A stretch of 64,000 nucleotides of DNA from an uncultured Deinococcaceae bacterium (GTDB lineage Bacteria > Deinococcota > Deinococci > Deinococcales > Deinococcaceae), in contig CAXULY010000003.1 of the NCBI GenBank assembly GCA_964252075.1, positions 49,459 through 113,458 on the forward strand. The letters are read 5' to 3'. Positions 1-9,297 of this stretch are shown here, one piece after another. A program made the translations under genes and the position numbers. How positions within the stretch are numbered: position 1 is the stretch's first letter; every line of letters begins with the position of its first letter. The notes beneath the pieces were generated by a model, which ran no database searches, had not been told where the DNA came from, and saw only the letters and a list, made by a program, of their open reading frames with translations.

Positions 1-443
1 AGGTCCTTGCCGTTCACGATGCGGATGGGCGTCGCGCGGCCGTGCACCTTCACGGTCTCCTCGTCGCTGGGCATGTCCATCTGGAACTGCTCACCCAGCG
101 GCACTTCCGCGAGGTTGCTGTACACCGCCTCGGTGTTCTTCGGGATCGCGCCGGACAGCGCCTCCACGTCGAGGCTCGTGTCGCCAAGGGCGGAGTCCTG
201 CGTCAGAGTTGCGTGGACGCCGCCGAAGTCCAGGGTGACGCCGCTCGGCAGGGCGCTCGTGAGGGCCACGACGGTGATGCTGGTGGCGTTGGCGGCCGTG
301 TCGGCGTTGCCGGTCTTCACGGTCACGTCGTGGATGATCACGGTGGCGTCGTCTTCCACCAGGAGCATCTTCCAGCCGGTGGCGCTGTACGTCTCGGGCG
401 TGTTGTCGGTGGGGAGGGCGGTCGGGAGGGGCTTCTGGGTCAT
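1..443 (-). CDS. Probable major tail (tube) protein, N-terminal part, truncated by window edge
   Basis: ATG at 443 with AAGGAG RBS; own translation MTQKPLPTALPTDNTPETYSATGWKMLLVEDD...; T/A/V-rich; position right after neck genes; not in ORF track. Confidence 0.65.
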   Translation of the reverse strand, partial: MTQKPLPTALPTDNTPETYSATGWKMLLVEDDATVIIHDVTVKTGNADTAANATSITVVALTSALPSGVTLDFGGVHATLTQDSALGDTSLDVEALSGAIPKNTEAVYSNLAEVPLGEQFQMDMPSDEETVKVHGRATPIRIVNGKD

Positions 444-892
444 GATGGTGCTCCTTGTGCCGCGTCAGGGGCGGCCTGGGTGTAGGTCAGGACGTATCGG
501 ATGGACGCGAAGTGCTGGGCGGTGGCCACGTCGGCGCGCACGCCGCTGTCGTCCTCCGGGATGCACTCGCGCATGCGGAGGCCCGGGTGGCGGTTCACTT
601 CGTGCGCCCGGGCGCGCAGGTGCGCCAGGACGATCACGCACGACTGCCGCCCGGCGGCCGTGAGGGGGAAGCCGTAGACGGACACGAGCACCTGCAGGCC
701 GCGCAGCTGGTGCGCGCCAATCAGCTGCGCGTCGCGCGCGCCGTTCAGTTCCTGCGTGACGGCGTAAGGCGCGCGCTCGCGCGTCGCGGGGTTGATGGGC
801 AGCGGGTTGGGCGGGACGCTGGAGAGGACCTGCCCGGCAGGGTCGCGGTTCAGCTTGAGGCCGAGGTCGTACAGCAGCTGGTCGATGGTCAG
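440..892 (-). CDS. Putative tail terminator/neck protein (probable CTG start)
   Basis: Track ORF 440..691 stays open to CTG at 892, which overlaps the upstream TGA and follows GGAGGT; ends ...ASIRYVLTYTQ; synteny. Confidence 0.55.
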   Translation of the reverse strand: MTIDQLLYDLGLKLNRDPAGQVLSSVPPNPLPINPATRERAPYAVTQELNGARDAQLIGAHQLRGLQVLVSVYGFPLTAAGRQSCVIVLAHLRARAHEVNRHPGLRMRECIPEDDSGVRADVATAQHFASIRYVLTYTQAAPDAAQGAPS

Positions 893-1299
893 GGCAGCAC
901 CTCCAGGGCCCGCAGCAGGCGCTCAAGCAACTCAGGGTCCGTGAGGGCCTTGCTGAGCCACGGGCGGGCGCCGCGCTCGGACTCGCGCGGGATGGGGCCG
1001 TCAGGTGGGCTGGGGTACTCCAGCGCCCAAGCCTCCGGAGGCGCGTCGAAGCTCCCCACCTCCCAGCCGCCCGGCCCGCGCTGCGCGTCGATCGAGCGCA
1101 GCAGCGCGCCGCTCTGCTCGGCCGGGTACTCGCCCGGCAGGCTGCTGGGGTTCGGGAGCCCCGGGTGGTGCACGCCGCCGCCCGCGCCCGCCAGCTTCTC
1201 CTGCAGGAACGCCTTGAACTCCCCGGCCAGCGCCTCGTCCGCGCGGTCGAACATCGCCGCGAGCTCGGCGTCGAGGTGGGGGTTCGGCTGGAAACTCAT
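889..1299 (-). CDS. HK97 gp10-like tail completion/neck protein
   Basis: MSFQPNP...SSLPGEYPAEQSGALLRSI...ALEY...GARPWLSKAL, typical gp10-family motifs; ATGA overlap with upstream gene. Confidence 0.7.
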   Translation of the reverse strand: MSFQPNPHLDAELAAMFDRADEALAGEFKAFLQEKLAGAGGGVHHPGLPNPSSLPGEYPAEQSGALLRSIDAQRGPGGWEVGSFDAPPEAWALEYPSPPDGPIPRESERGARPWLSKALTDPELLERLLRALEVLP

Positions 1300-1742
1300 G
1301 GCGCTGGCGCGTCCGTGAGGGCGCTCGGCACGCGGCACACCACCTGCCACGCGATCAGCTGCTCGCCGATGTTCTCGGCGTCGCTGATCGGAAGGAGGCG
1401 CTGCCCGCTGGCGAGCACCACCTCGAAGCCCGGCACGTCCACGGGCGCGTCCCAGGGCAGGATGACGTTCCACAGCGGCACGGCGAGCTGCGCGCCGAGC
1501 TTGGCTTTGTCCGCCGCACTCAGCTGGTACGCGAGGCCGCGCACGCCGGTGTCCAGCCCGCTGCTGGGCTGGGCGGGCGCTGGAGCGGCCGCGCCGCCGG
1601 CGTCCACGTCGGGCGGGGGCCCGGCGTCCCCCGCGGTGGTGCGCGCGATGGTGAGGTCCTGCCCGAGCGCCGCGAACACCCGGGCGAGCTTCGGGCGGCT
1701 GAGGGCCTGCAGTTGTGCGGTGGTGATCACCACTGCCCCCAC
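1296..1742 (-). CDS. Putative head-closure (stopper) protein
   Basis: 148 aa beta-rich ORF between adaptor and gp10-like genes; start uncertain. Confidence 0.55.
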   Translation of the reverse strand: MGAVVITTAQLQALSRPKLARVFAALGQDLTIARTTAGDAGPPPDVDAGGAAAPAPAQPSSGLDTGVRGLAYQLSAADKAKLGAQLAVPLWNVILPWDAPVDVPGFEVVLASGQRLLPISDAENIGEQLIAWQVVCRVPSALTDAPAP

Positions 1743-2068
1743 GGCGTGAGCGCCGGCCCGGGCACGCCGCTGCCGGAGGCCTCCGCGCGGTACCGCGCGG
1801 CGCGCGCCAGCCAGGCGCTGATGCCCTCGCCGGGCAGGAGGGTGAGCTTGATGGGGCCCACCTCGATCTTGCTGGCGTCGTCCCCCTCACTCGCGGCGAG
1901 GGCCACGGTGTCCAGCACCTCCGCCGCCACGAGGCGCGTGTCCTGCAGCACCGTGAACGCGTCGTCCACGTTCACCTGCTGCTCGGACGGCAGCGAGTTG
2001 TGCGCCTGCCAGGCGTTGGGGCCGACCAGGACGCGGACCTCCATGCGCTGTTCGTCGGTGAGCGCCAC
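1727..2068 (-). CDS. Putative head-tail connector/adaptor
   Basis: 113 aa directly downstream of the major capsid gene; 'SKIEVGPIKL' motif typical of adaptors. Confidence 0.6.
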   Translation of the reverse strand: MALTDEQRMEVRVLVGPNAWQAHNSLPSEQQVNVDDAFTVLQDTRLVAAEVLDTVALAASEGDDASKIEVGPIKLTLLPGEGISAWLARAARYRAEASGSGVPGPALTPWGQW

Positions 2069-2083
2069 GGCTCACCCCCCTTC

Positions 2084-3274
2084 TCAGTTCGCGGCGGTGC
2101 CCTGAACGAGGACGGCGCCCTTGTCGTCCACCACGCGCGCGCCCAGGGTGTGGCCCACCTTGACCGCGAAGCTGTGGTTCGTGAAGCTGCCCTGGTCCTG
2201 GTACTCGCGCGTCGAGGGCAGCTCGGTGTAGGTCAGGGGCCCGCCCTGGAAGCCTTCCAGGAAGGCCACTTCGAGCCACTGCACCATGCTGTCGTAGGCG
2301 ACGTAATCGCTGCCGAACACGCGGCTCCACAGGCGCTCCAGGTGCGGGGTGAACGCGCCGCGCAGCACGTTGGGGTTGTTGCCGCGGTTGTTGCTCGCGC
2401 CGGGCTCCGTCTCGGCGGTGTTGATGACGCTGAAGGCGTCGCGGTTCGCGGTGCCGAAGATCAGGTCCGTGATGTCGAACCCGTACTCCAGGTCGTTGCC
2501 GTCGTCGTCCTTGAAGGTGCGGGCGGCGAACTTCGCGCGGACCTTCTTCACGAGGTCGATGGTGGGCACGCCCGCGCCGTCCCCGGCGGCGGTGATCTTG
2601 CCGGCGGTGAGGCCGTCGAGGATCGCCTTGAACACCACGATGGCTTCCGTGCGGCCCGCGCCCCGGCCGAGGCTCTCCATGCCGCGCTGCCAGGCGCCCA
2701 CCTCGTCGTTCTTGCTCATCTCCCACGTGTAGCGCAGGCCGCGCTCGAAGTTCGCCACGCGGTAGCCGCCCTCGGCCTCCGTGAAGGTGGTGAACTCCAC
2801 GTCATCGGTCTCACCGCGCTGCTTCAGTTCGCCCGTCTCGCTGAGGCGCAGCGTGCGGATGGTCTTGAAGTCCGGCACGGTGATGACGCTGGCGAAGCTG
2901 CGCCAGTTGCTGATCGGGCCCGCGTAGGCGGGCAGCAGCGTGCGCTGGCGCAGGTTGGCGAGCGCGAGGGGGAAGTCAGAGGTGGTGTGCGTGTCGCTGA
3001 AGCGCTGGGCGGCCATCAGCGGCCCGATGCTGTCCACGAACTCATCGGCCAGCTGCTCGACCTGCCGCTCGGCGTCCGCGTCGCTCAGGCCGGCGCGCGC
3101 CTTGCGGGCGTCGGACAGGGCGTCCGTGACGTTTTGCGGGCCGTGGTAGCCGCGGTAGAAGGCCTGCACGCCCGCCTCGGCGATCAGGGCGTCGGTGGCG
3201 GCCATGGCGGTCCCCTTGGGGATCTCGCCGTTGGCTTCCGCCAGTTGCATCTTCAGGTACAGGGTCTTGGACAT
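2084..3274 (-). CDS. Major capsid protein (HK97 fold, Mu gpT-like)
   Basis: 396 aa; TTSDFP..L...Y..WR..VPDFK...YTWEM..ND motifs of this capsid family; AAGGAGG RBS. Confidence 0.85.
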   Translation of the reverse strand: MSKTLYLKMQLAEANGEIPKGTAMAATDALIAEAGVQAFYRGYHGPQNVTDALSDARKARAGLSDADAERQVEQLADEFVDSIGPLMAAQRFSDTHTTSDFPLALANLRQRTLLPAYAGPISNWRSFASVITVPDFKTIRTLRLSETGELKQRGETDDVEFTTFTEAEGGYRVANFERGLRYTWEMSKNDEVGAWQRGMESLGRGAGRTEAIVVFKAILDGLTAGKITAAGDGAGVPTIDLVKKVRAKFAARTFKDDDGNDLEYGFDITDLIFGTANRDAFSVINTAETEPGASNNRGNNPNVLRGAFTPHLERLWSRVFGSDYVAYDSMVQWLEVAFLEGFQGGPLTYTELPSTREYQDQGSFTNHSFAVKVGHTLGARVVDDKGAVLVQGTAAN

Positions 3275-3354
3275 GGCGCCCTCCTTGTGGGCGGGAACTG
3301 CGACGCCCGGCCATCAGGCCGGGCGCATGGGGTGCGGTGAGGGGTGGGGCGGGC

Positions 3355-3741
3355 TCAGGCGTTCGTGAGGCCCACAGGGCCTTTGACGCCGTCCGCGATC
3401 GCGGCGAGGGCGTACCCGATGAAGGTGCCGCCTGCAGCGGTTTTGCTGTAGGTGCCGTCCGCGGTGACCTTGTAGATCTTGTCGCCGAGCGCGACGCCGC
3501 CCGCGACGGTGAGGTTCACGCTGACGCTCACGCCGATCAGCTCGACGCTCGCCTGCCCGTCCAGCAGGCCGGGCGCGGCCGCGCCACTCGCGATGGTGGC
3601 GGTGGTGGCGCGGTCGGTGTGGGCGTAGCCCTTGAGGCCGGACGCGCCGATCAGCACGACGTCGCCGGAGGCGGTGCCCGCGGCGACGGCCGCAGCGATG
3701 ATCAGCTGGGCGTTGCGGGTGCGGTTGAGGTTCTTGGCCAT
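3355..3741 (-). CDS. DUF2190-family capsid cement/decoration protein
   Basis: MAKN...SGDVVLIG...GDKIY...FIGYALAA; small A/G-rich gene between scaffold and capsid. Confidence 0.75.
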   Translation of the reverse strand: MAKNLNRTRNAQLIIAAAVAAGTASGDVVLIGASGLKGYAHTDRATTATIASGAAAPGLLDGQASVELIGVSVSVNLTVAGGVALGDKIYKVTADGTYSKTAAGGTFIGYALAAIADGVKGPVGLTNA

Positions 3742-3789
3742 GGTCCCCTCCTGTGGGGTGTTGGGTGGGCGGGTGGACGCGGGGCGGGG

Positions 3790-4881
3790 TTAGGACAGGC
3801 CGAAGCTGCGGCGCGCGTCCGACAGGGTGCTGCGCTTCTTGGGCGCCGCAGCGTCCTTCTTGCTGCCGCCTTCGCCCAGGCCGGGGTGGTTCTCCTCGGC
3901 GCCCTCGGTGGTGGTGTCGTCACCCGGGCGGGCGTGGCGGAACATCGCCTGGCGGTCCGCGATCATGCTCTGCACCTCGGTGCTCGCCGCCTCGTCACTG
4001 TCCGCGGCGAGCGCGGCGCGCTCCACCCGCGCCGCGAAGTTCGCGTCGAGGTCCACGTCGCCGCTCTTGCCGAGCTTCGGGAGCTTCGCGGCGGCGAGCG
4101 CGTCACGCACCATGCCCTTGCGGGCGTCATCCTGCAGGCGCCGCTCCAGCTTCAGGCGCTCGGCGCGTTCGGTGGCCAGCGCATCCTCCAGCGCCTGGCT
4201 GGCGCCAGCGGCGGGCTTCTCGCGCGCGCCGTCTTCGATCTGCTTGACCAGCTCGGGGTGCTTCTTCTTCAGTTCATTCAGGTCCATGGGGGCCTCCAGT
4301 TCATCGGCGGCGTTCAGCGCGCCGGCAGTGTCGGCTGGGGCCATCACCGCGTCGATGGTCACCAGCCGCGCGTCTTCGTTCACGACTTCCAGGATGTCTT
4401 CGGGGTCCGGCCAGGCCGGGTCCACTTCTTTGGCGGGCAGGTACTGCGCGCTGCCGGTCACGTTCGTGCTCATGCCGACGCGCACGCCGGCGTCCACCAC
4501 GGCCTGCAGGTCGCGGCCCTTGGCGGTCTGCACGATCACGCCCTCGAACCGCATCAGCTGGCCTTCCATCCACAGGCGGTCGTAGCGGATCCCGACGTTC
4601 TCAATGAGGCCTTTCGGGCCTTCCCACCAGAGGTCGGGGTGCTGCACCAGGCCGTACAGCGCGCCGCCCGTCACGGCGTCCTGCGCGGCCGCCACCATGG
4701 CGGTCAGCACGGCGGTGCTGAAGTACCGGCGGTTGAGGTTCGTCTTGTCGCCTTCCTTGGCCACGCCGCTGATGCGGCGGGGGCCGGCGGCGTCCGTCAT
4801 GGGCGCGAGGGTGAAACTCACCACGGCGTCCGTGAGCAGGTTGGGGGGCTTCGGGGTGGGGCTGCGGTTGCGGTCTTTCAT
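3790..4881 (-). CDS. Prohead protease-scaffold fusion
   Basis: N-terminal protease-like (NLNRRYFS, HP, T.KGRDL, VGMS, LVTIDAVMAPA) plus helical C-terminal scaffold (MDLNELKKKHPELV...). Confidence 0.75.
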   Translation of the reverse strand: MKDRNRSPTPKPPNLLTDAVVSFTLAPMTDAAGPRRISGVAKEGDKTNLNRRYFSTAVLTAMVAAAQDAVTGGALYGLVQHPDLWWEGPKGLIENVGIRYDRLWMEGQLMRFEGVIVQTAKGRDLQAVVDAGVRVGMSTNVTGSAQYLPAKEVDPAWPDPEDILEVVNEDARLVTIDAVMAPADTAGALNAADELEAPMDLNELKKKHPELVKQIEDGAREKPAAGASQALEDALATERAERLKLERRLQDDARKGMVRDALAAAKLPKLGKSGDVDLDANFAARVERAALAADSDEAASTEVQSMIADRQAMFRHARPGDDTTTEGAEENHPGLGEGGSKKDAAAPKKRSTLSDARRSFGLS

Positions 4882-4908
4882 GGGTCACTCCTTCCGGGCG
4901 GGCGCGCG

Positions 4909-6213
4909 TCAGCGCTCAGGTGTGTCTTTGGGGGCGGGGTCCTGCCCCTCGGCTTCGGCGCTCGCAATCTTTTCCTGCTCGGCGGCCCAGTCGTACCCGA
5001 GTTCCGCGCTGAGCGTCTCCTGGCTGGCGAGGCGCTGCTCGGCGGCCACCTTCACCTTCTCGACGAGGGTCAGCAGGTCCTCGTTGCGCAGGCTGGGGAA
5101 GTTGATGGGGAACTCCACGAGGTCCGCGCTGACCGTGCGGCCGCCGCGCCCCGCCTTCGTCTTGAAGGTTTTGCCGGGGTGGCGGCGCCGCAGTTCGGTG
5201 CGCAGCATGTCCTGCAGCCAGTACCACACGCGCGTCTGGCGGCGCTCGAAGCCGCGCCGGGCGGGCTCGCCCATGCTGTCGGCGGTGGTGCGGGTGACGC
5301 CGCCGCCCTCGGCGAGGTAGTGCTCGGGCAGGCCGAGCGCCACGGCGAGGAGCTGCTTGATGACTTTGCCGTCGCTGGCGGAGTCCGCGGCTTTGGTGTC
5401 CGGCGTGGTGATCTCGAAGCGCTCGCTTTTGCCGTCGGCGTTCTGCGCGAGGGTGAGCACGGCGCCGTTGCGCGGGACGTTCGCGAAGCGGGCGCTTTTC
5501 GCCGCCAGTTCCTTGTCGTCCTTCGCGAAGGCGTAGTACACGGCGTTGATGCGCGCGGCCAGCTCGTGCACCTTCAGGCGGGCGTTCGCGAAGTTCACGT
5601 AGGCGAGGGCCGGGCCGAGCGCGCGCGCGATGGGTGGCCAGCCGCGCACCTCGTTCATGATCGCGTCGTTCGTGCTCCACACGAACTCACCGTCGCGCAG
5701 CGTGCGGCCGCCGCCGATGCCGATGCTTTCCACCTGGTCGGGCAGGCCGGGCGCGCTGGTGATGTCGAGCGCCTGGTCGATGATGGTGTACAGCCCGATG
5801 CGCGCGGCCTGGTCGGTGCGCTTGAACTTCTTGGGGTTCGGCCAGATGGTGAGGCACTCGCCGAGCAGCAGGTACTCCGTGAACCACCGCTCGATCAGCA
5901 GGTCGAGCTTGTTCAGCGCCCAGAAGTCCTCCATGACGGCCTGCACGGCCTTGTCGGGGTGCTGACCGTAGCTGAGGCGCGCGCCCACCACGAAGCTCTT
6001 GATGACCTCAATGGCGCCGTACAGCAGCGGGTTCAGGTACCACGCGACGACCGCGGCCTTCTGGGTGTTCGTGCGGGACAGCGCGCCGAGCATGCCGGCC
6101 TGCTGCGGGAGCGACACGGGGCCGCTCAGGCCGCCGGTGAGCTGCCAGCCGCCCTGCACGGTGTCCTGCACGTCGCTGTGGGTGAGGGGCTTGCCGTACT
6201 GGTCGAGAATCAT
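4909..6213 (-). CDS. Portal protein
   Basis: 434 aa after terminase; EYLLLGECL, RGWPPI, GLPEHYL...TRTTA portal motifs. Confidence 0.85.
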   Translation of the reverse strand: MILDQYGKPLTHSDVQDTVQGGWQLTGGLSGPVSLPQQAGMLGALSRTNTQKAAVVAWYLNPLLYGAIEVIKSFVVGARLSYGQHPDKAVQAVMEDFWALNKLDLLIERWFTEYLLLGECLTIWPNPKKFKRTDQAARIGLYTIIDQALDITSAPGLPDQVESIGIGGGRTLRDGEFVWSTNDAIMNEVRGWPPIARALGPALAYVNFANARLKVHELAARINAVYYAFAKDDKELAAKSARFANVPRNGAVLTLAQNADGKSERFEITTPDTKAADSASDGKVIKQLLAVALGLPEHYLAEGGGVTRTTADSMGEPARRGFERRQTRVWYWLQDMLRTELRRRHPGKTFKTKAGRGGRTVSADLVEFPINFPSLRNEDLLTLVEKVKVAAEQRLASQETLSAELGYDWAAEQEKIASAEAEGQDPAPKDTPER

Positions 6214-7628
6214 TCGTCACCTCCTCCCCAGCTGCTGTCGCTCTCGTACCCGTGCACGCCCGAGGGCGGCAGGCTCTGGCGTTCGCCCAGCCCGTCCACG
6301 TAGGCGACGGCGTAGCGCATGGGGTCCATGCCGTGGTCGTTCTTCTTGACGGGCACCTCCTTGAGGCTGCCGTCGGTCTTCTTGTCCCACTCGTACCCTT
6401 CGATCTCCCCCGCGGTGCTGGTGGGGATGTTGCGGGTGTTCTCCTCGCCGCTCAGCAGCGGGTCCAGTTCGACGAGGCAGTTCTGCAGGATGAAGATGCG
6501 CGGCCGCCCGTCTTCCTGCGCGCGGAAGCGGCTCTGCGTCTGCTGGACGCCGGTGCTGATGTCCTTGTGGGCGGGGAGCGTCTCGCAGCCCAGGTGGCGC
6601 TCCAGCGTGGCGCGGTCCTCCGCGTCGTGGTCGCACACCGTCGCCTCGATCTCCTCGCCCGTCTCGGCTTCCAGCTGGCGGATGCGCCGGGCGTGGTCCT
6701 CGACGAGGGTGCGGGTGCGGTACAGCTCGCGGTACAGGTACATGCGGCCGTCTCCGTCGATCGCCCACCACTGACACACGAACGGGTTGGTGAAGCCGAA
6801 GTCCACCACGCGGATCCGGCGCCAGTGCTTCGGCACGTGCCGCCACGGCTGGATCTCTTCCTGCTCGTCCTTCGGTTCGTACCAGCCGAGGTCCCGGACG
6901 TTCACGTGGTGCTTGCTGGGGTCCCAGTCGTCGTACACCATGCCCTCGCTGGCCGCCCAGATGCCCTTGCGCAGGCGCAGGTAGCGCACACCGGTGAGCT
7001 TGTCGAGCTTCCCCATGTACGCCGCGCCGAACGGCGTGATCTCGCCGGTCTTCGGGTGGTACAGGCGCGGGTTGTCCTCGTGGCGGGACTGCAGCATGGT
7101 GGTGAGGCCCTGGTCCATGCGGCGCTTCAGCCAATGGCTGGGCGGGCCGGGGTTGCAGTCACCCAGCAGCTGCTGGTACGGGATGACGCCGTTGCGCAGG
7201 CGGGTGCTGCAGAACTCCCAGTCGGTGACGCTGACCTCGGTCGCCTCCAGCACGTAAATCACGTCGAACTCCGCGGACATGATCTTGATGGGGTTGTCGA
7301 GGCCCGCGACGATCACCTCGCTGCCGTTCGGGTACACGTAGGACTGCCGCACGCGCCGCTGCTGGTTCGTGGTGTCGCACGGCGGCCGCACGTGCTGCTC
7401 GAACGTCACGAGCGCCGTCTCGGTGAGGCTGCTGCGCGTCTTGCGCACGATCGCGAGGCGCGCGCCCGGGTACTTCACCGCCAGGGCGTTCACCTTCTCC
7501 AGCCCCGCGCGGCTCTTGCCGGTGCCGGCCGGGCCGGAGAGCATCGCCTCGTCCCCCTTGTACCGGAACAGGTCGAGGGCCGCGCCGCGCGGCTGGTACA
7601 CCACCGCGCCGGCCGGGATGGCCGTCAC
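6210..7628 (-). CDS. Terminase large subunit (PBSX-like)
   Basis: Walker A GPAGTGKS, 'VIYVLEATE', 'DCNP', nuclease DFGFTNP and NDHGMDPMRY. Confidence 0.95.
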   Translation of the reverse strand: MTAIPAGAVVYQPRGAALDLFRYKGDEAMLSGPAGTGKSRAGLEKVNALAVKYPGARLAIVRKTRSSLTETALVTFEQHVRPPCDTTNQQRRVRQSYVYPNGSEVIVAGLDNPIKIMSAEFDVIYVLEATEVSVTDWEFCSTRLRNGVIPYQQLLGDCNPGPPSHWLKRRMDQGLTTMLQSRHEDNPRLYHPKTGEITPFGAAYMGKLDKLTGVRYLRLRKGIWAASEGMVYDDWDPSKHHVNVRDLGWYEPKDEQEEIQPWRHVPKHWRRIRVVDFGFTNPFVCQWWAIDGDGRMYLYRELYRTRTLVEDHARRIRQLEAETGEEIEATVCDHDAEDRATLERHLGCETLPAHKDISTGVQQTQSRFRAQEDGRPRIFILQNCLVELDPLLSGEENTRNIPTSTAGEIEGYEWDKKTDGSLKEVPVKKNDHGMDPMRYAVAYVDGLGERQSLPPSGVHGYESDSSWGGGDE

Positions 7629-8458
7629 AGGTCATCCTCGCCCACCCCCACGATGAACTTGATGGGGCTCCCGTCTGGATTCTCGACACTCACGCGCTCG
7701 GCGAACAGCTTGTGGTACCGCCCGAGCAGCTCCTCGGCGGCGGAGCGGTCGTGCCACTCCACCTCCAGGCCGAACTTCGTCTCCTTGATCTTCTTGATCA
7801 TGTGGAGCTTCCCGGCGGCGCGGGCCTTCTCCAGGTCCACGCGGATGTCCAGCCGGGTCCGCCACTCCAGCTCCACCATGATGTGTGAAGGCGCCCGGCG
7901 CATCGGCATGCGCCCCCGCCCACGGCGGCCGCGCGGCGGCCCGTCGTCCTCATCGTCGCCGTCGAGGTCGTCTTCCAGCTGCAGGGCCTTCTCCGCCTTC
8001 TTCTCGATGCGCCTCAGACGCCGAATCTCACCGGACAGCTCCACCCGCCGCTTCTCGGACCGCGCGCCGTCCAGCTGGTCCTGCACGTCCGCGATCTTGT
8101 CGCGCACCAGGTCGAGTGCCTCGGCAGGCTCCACCAGCACGCCGTCCAGGTACCGCACGCGCTTGAAGGTCAGGAAGTGCTCCGCGCTGAAGTCCGCGCG
8201 GTCCGTGAGCCGCGCCAGCAGTTCTTTCTTCCCGAGGACCTGCTGCTCCCATCCCGCTTCGAGGGCGGCGCGGATGTCAGCATTCGTCAACAGCCGGTGC
8301 CCCTGCTGGCGCGCACTGCGGGCGGAGTAGCCGGCGGCGCGCGCGGCCTTCGCGCGGTTCGGCTCTTCCAGCAGGGCGAGCACGAACTTCTGGTGTTTCA
8401 GGTCGAGCGCGGCGAGCAGCTCGTCGAAGGAGGCGCTCACCTCCGGTTCTGTGGTCAA
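7625..8458 (-). CDS. Terminase small subunit
   Basis: KHQKFVLALL..NRAKAARAAGYSARSARQQGHRLL HTH motif; AEELLGRYHKLF; TTG start after GGAGG. Confidence 0.85.
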   Translation of the reverse strand: MTTEPEVSASFDELLAALDLKHQKFVLALLEEPNRAKAARAAGYSARSARQQGHRLLTNADIRAALEAGWEQQVLGKKELLARLTDRADFSAEHFLTFKRVRYLDGVLVEPAEALDLVRDKIADVQDQLDGARSEKRRVELSGEIRRLRRIEKKAEKALQLEDDLDGDDEDDGPPRGRRGRGRMPMRRAPSHIMVELEWRTRLDIRVDLEKARAAGKLHMIKKIKETKFGLEVEWHDRSAAEELLGRYHKLFAERVSVENPDGSPIKFIVGVGEDDL

Positions 8459-8503
8459 GAGGGTCACCTCCTCCGGTGGGGCGGCGGCGGGCCGCGCGCA
8501 CAC

Positions 8504-8782
8504 TCAGTTCTTCTGGGGATGTTCGGGGTCGGTGGTCCGCGCGCTGCGTGCGGGCACGCCGGGCGGCACGTCGGCCGCGTCGAGGATCCGCACGGTGGTG
8601 CGTCCCTCGTGGCCGTGCACGAACTCCAGGTCGGACAGGCAGTCGTACAGGGCGCTGCTGTACGGCCACACCAGCCAGCGCATGGCGATGCGGCCGTCCG
8701 TGAAGATCACGCCCTCCGCGACGGTGCCGGTGCCACTGCTGCCGGAAACGTCTTCGGTGCGGACCAGGTGGAAGCGCTGCAG
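8504..8782 (-). CDS. Conserved phage hypothetical protein
   Basis: RFHLVRTEDVSGSSGTGTVAEGVIFTDG...VHGHEGRT, a motif familiar from actinophage small proteins; probable CTG start. Confidence 0.6.
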   Translation of the reverse strand: MQRFHLVRTEDVSGSSGTGTVAEGVIFTDGRIAMRWLVWPYSSALYDCLSDLEFVHGHEGRTTVRILDAADVPPGVPARSARTTDPEHPQKN

Positions 8783-8783
8783 G

Positions 8784-8969
8784 TCAGACCACCCGCCACT
8801 GCAGGTTGATCCGGCCGCCCTGCCGCACGGCGCGGTAGCGGCGGCGTTCGCTGGACAGGACGTTCGGGTCGTCCTGCTGCTTGTTGAGGTGCCGGGCGAC
8901 GGCGCGCGCCTCGCGGACGTCCGCGAGGATGTACGCGCGCGCCTGGTTCCAGATGCGGACTCGGGCCAT
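8784..8969 (-). CDS. Small basic phage protein, first gene of late operon
   Basis: 61 aa ORF with GGAGGT RBS. Confidence 0.55.
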   Translation of the reverse strand: MARVRIWNQARAYILADVREARAVARHLNKQQDDPNVLSSERRRYRAVRQGGRINLQWRVV

Positions 8970-9132
8970 GTGGACCTCCGTGAAATAGGGTTCTGCTGTT
9001 GTTCCCCGTGGGGAATGCTCCCGACCGTGCGGCGTCTGGGGTTCGGCGAACGTCCCTCAGGGATGGGGCGTGCGGGCACGGCGCCCTCGGCCTTCTCGCT
9101 TACGCTCAGCGCCATCTGGATCCGGGAGCATC

Positions 9133-9154
9133 AAAAAACCGCCGTCAGTGGCGG
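9133..9154 (-). terminator. Intrinsic terminator in late-operon leader (tR'-like)
   Basis: Minus strand CCGCC-ACTGAC-GGCGG-TTTTTT. Confidence 0.7.
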
Positions 9155-9268
9155 ACAACTTGCGCCGTTGCGGGCGCGTTTGTGCGCGGTGTGGGTCGCG
9201 CGGCCCAGCCAAATGAGCGGAGCGCGGCCTCCAGGGGGAGCCGCGCTCAACACTTCTTGACCATCTGC

Positions 9269-9297
9269 AGTTTAGGTGTCCTTCATGCAGAACTCAA
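9269..9297 (-). promoter_or_regulatory. Putative late promoter (pR'-like)
   Basis: Minus strand TTGAGT-17 nt-TAAACT pointing into the structural operon. Confidence 0.6.

Noticed and set aside
3337..6303. 988-aa plus-strand ORF, and similar long antisense ORFs at 2000-3340, 6252-8330, 28485-30326, 42707-45586 and 52881-55109
   Set aside because: Shadow frames opposite well-supported genes, expected in high-GC DNA; no motifs
9002..9131. Self-cleaving ribozyme in the late leader
   Set aside because: No CUGAnGA...GAAA hammerhead core or other ribozyme consensus recognisable
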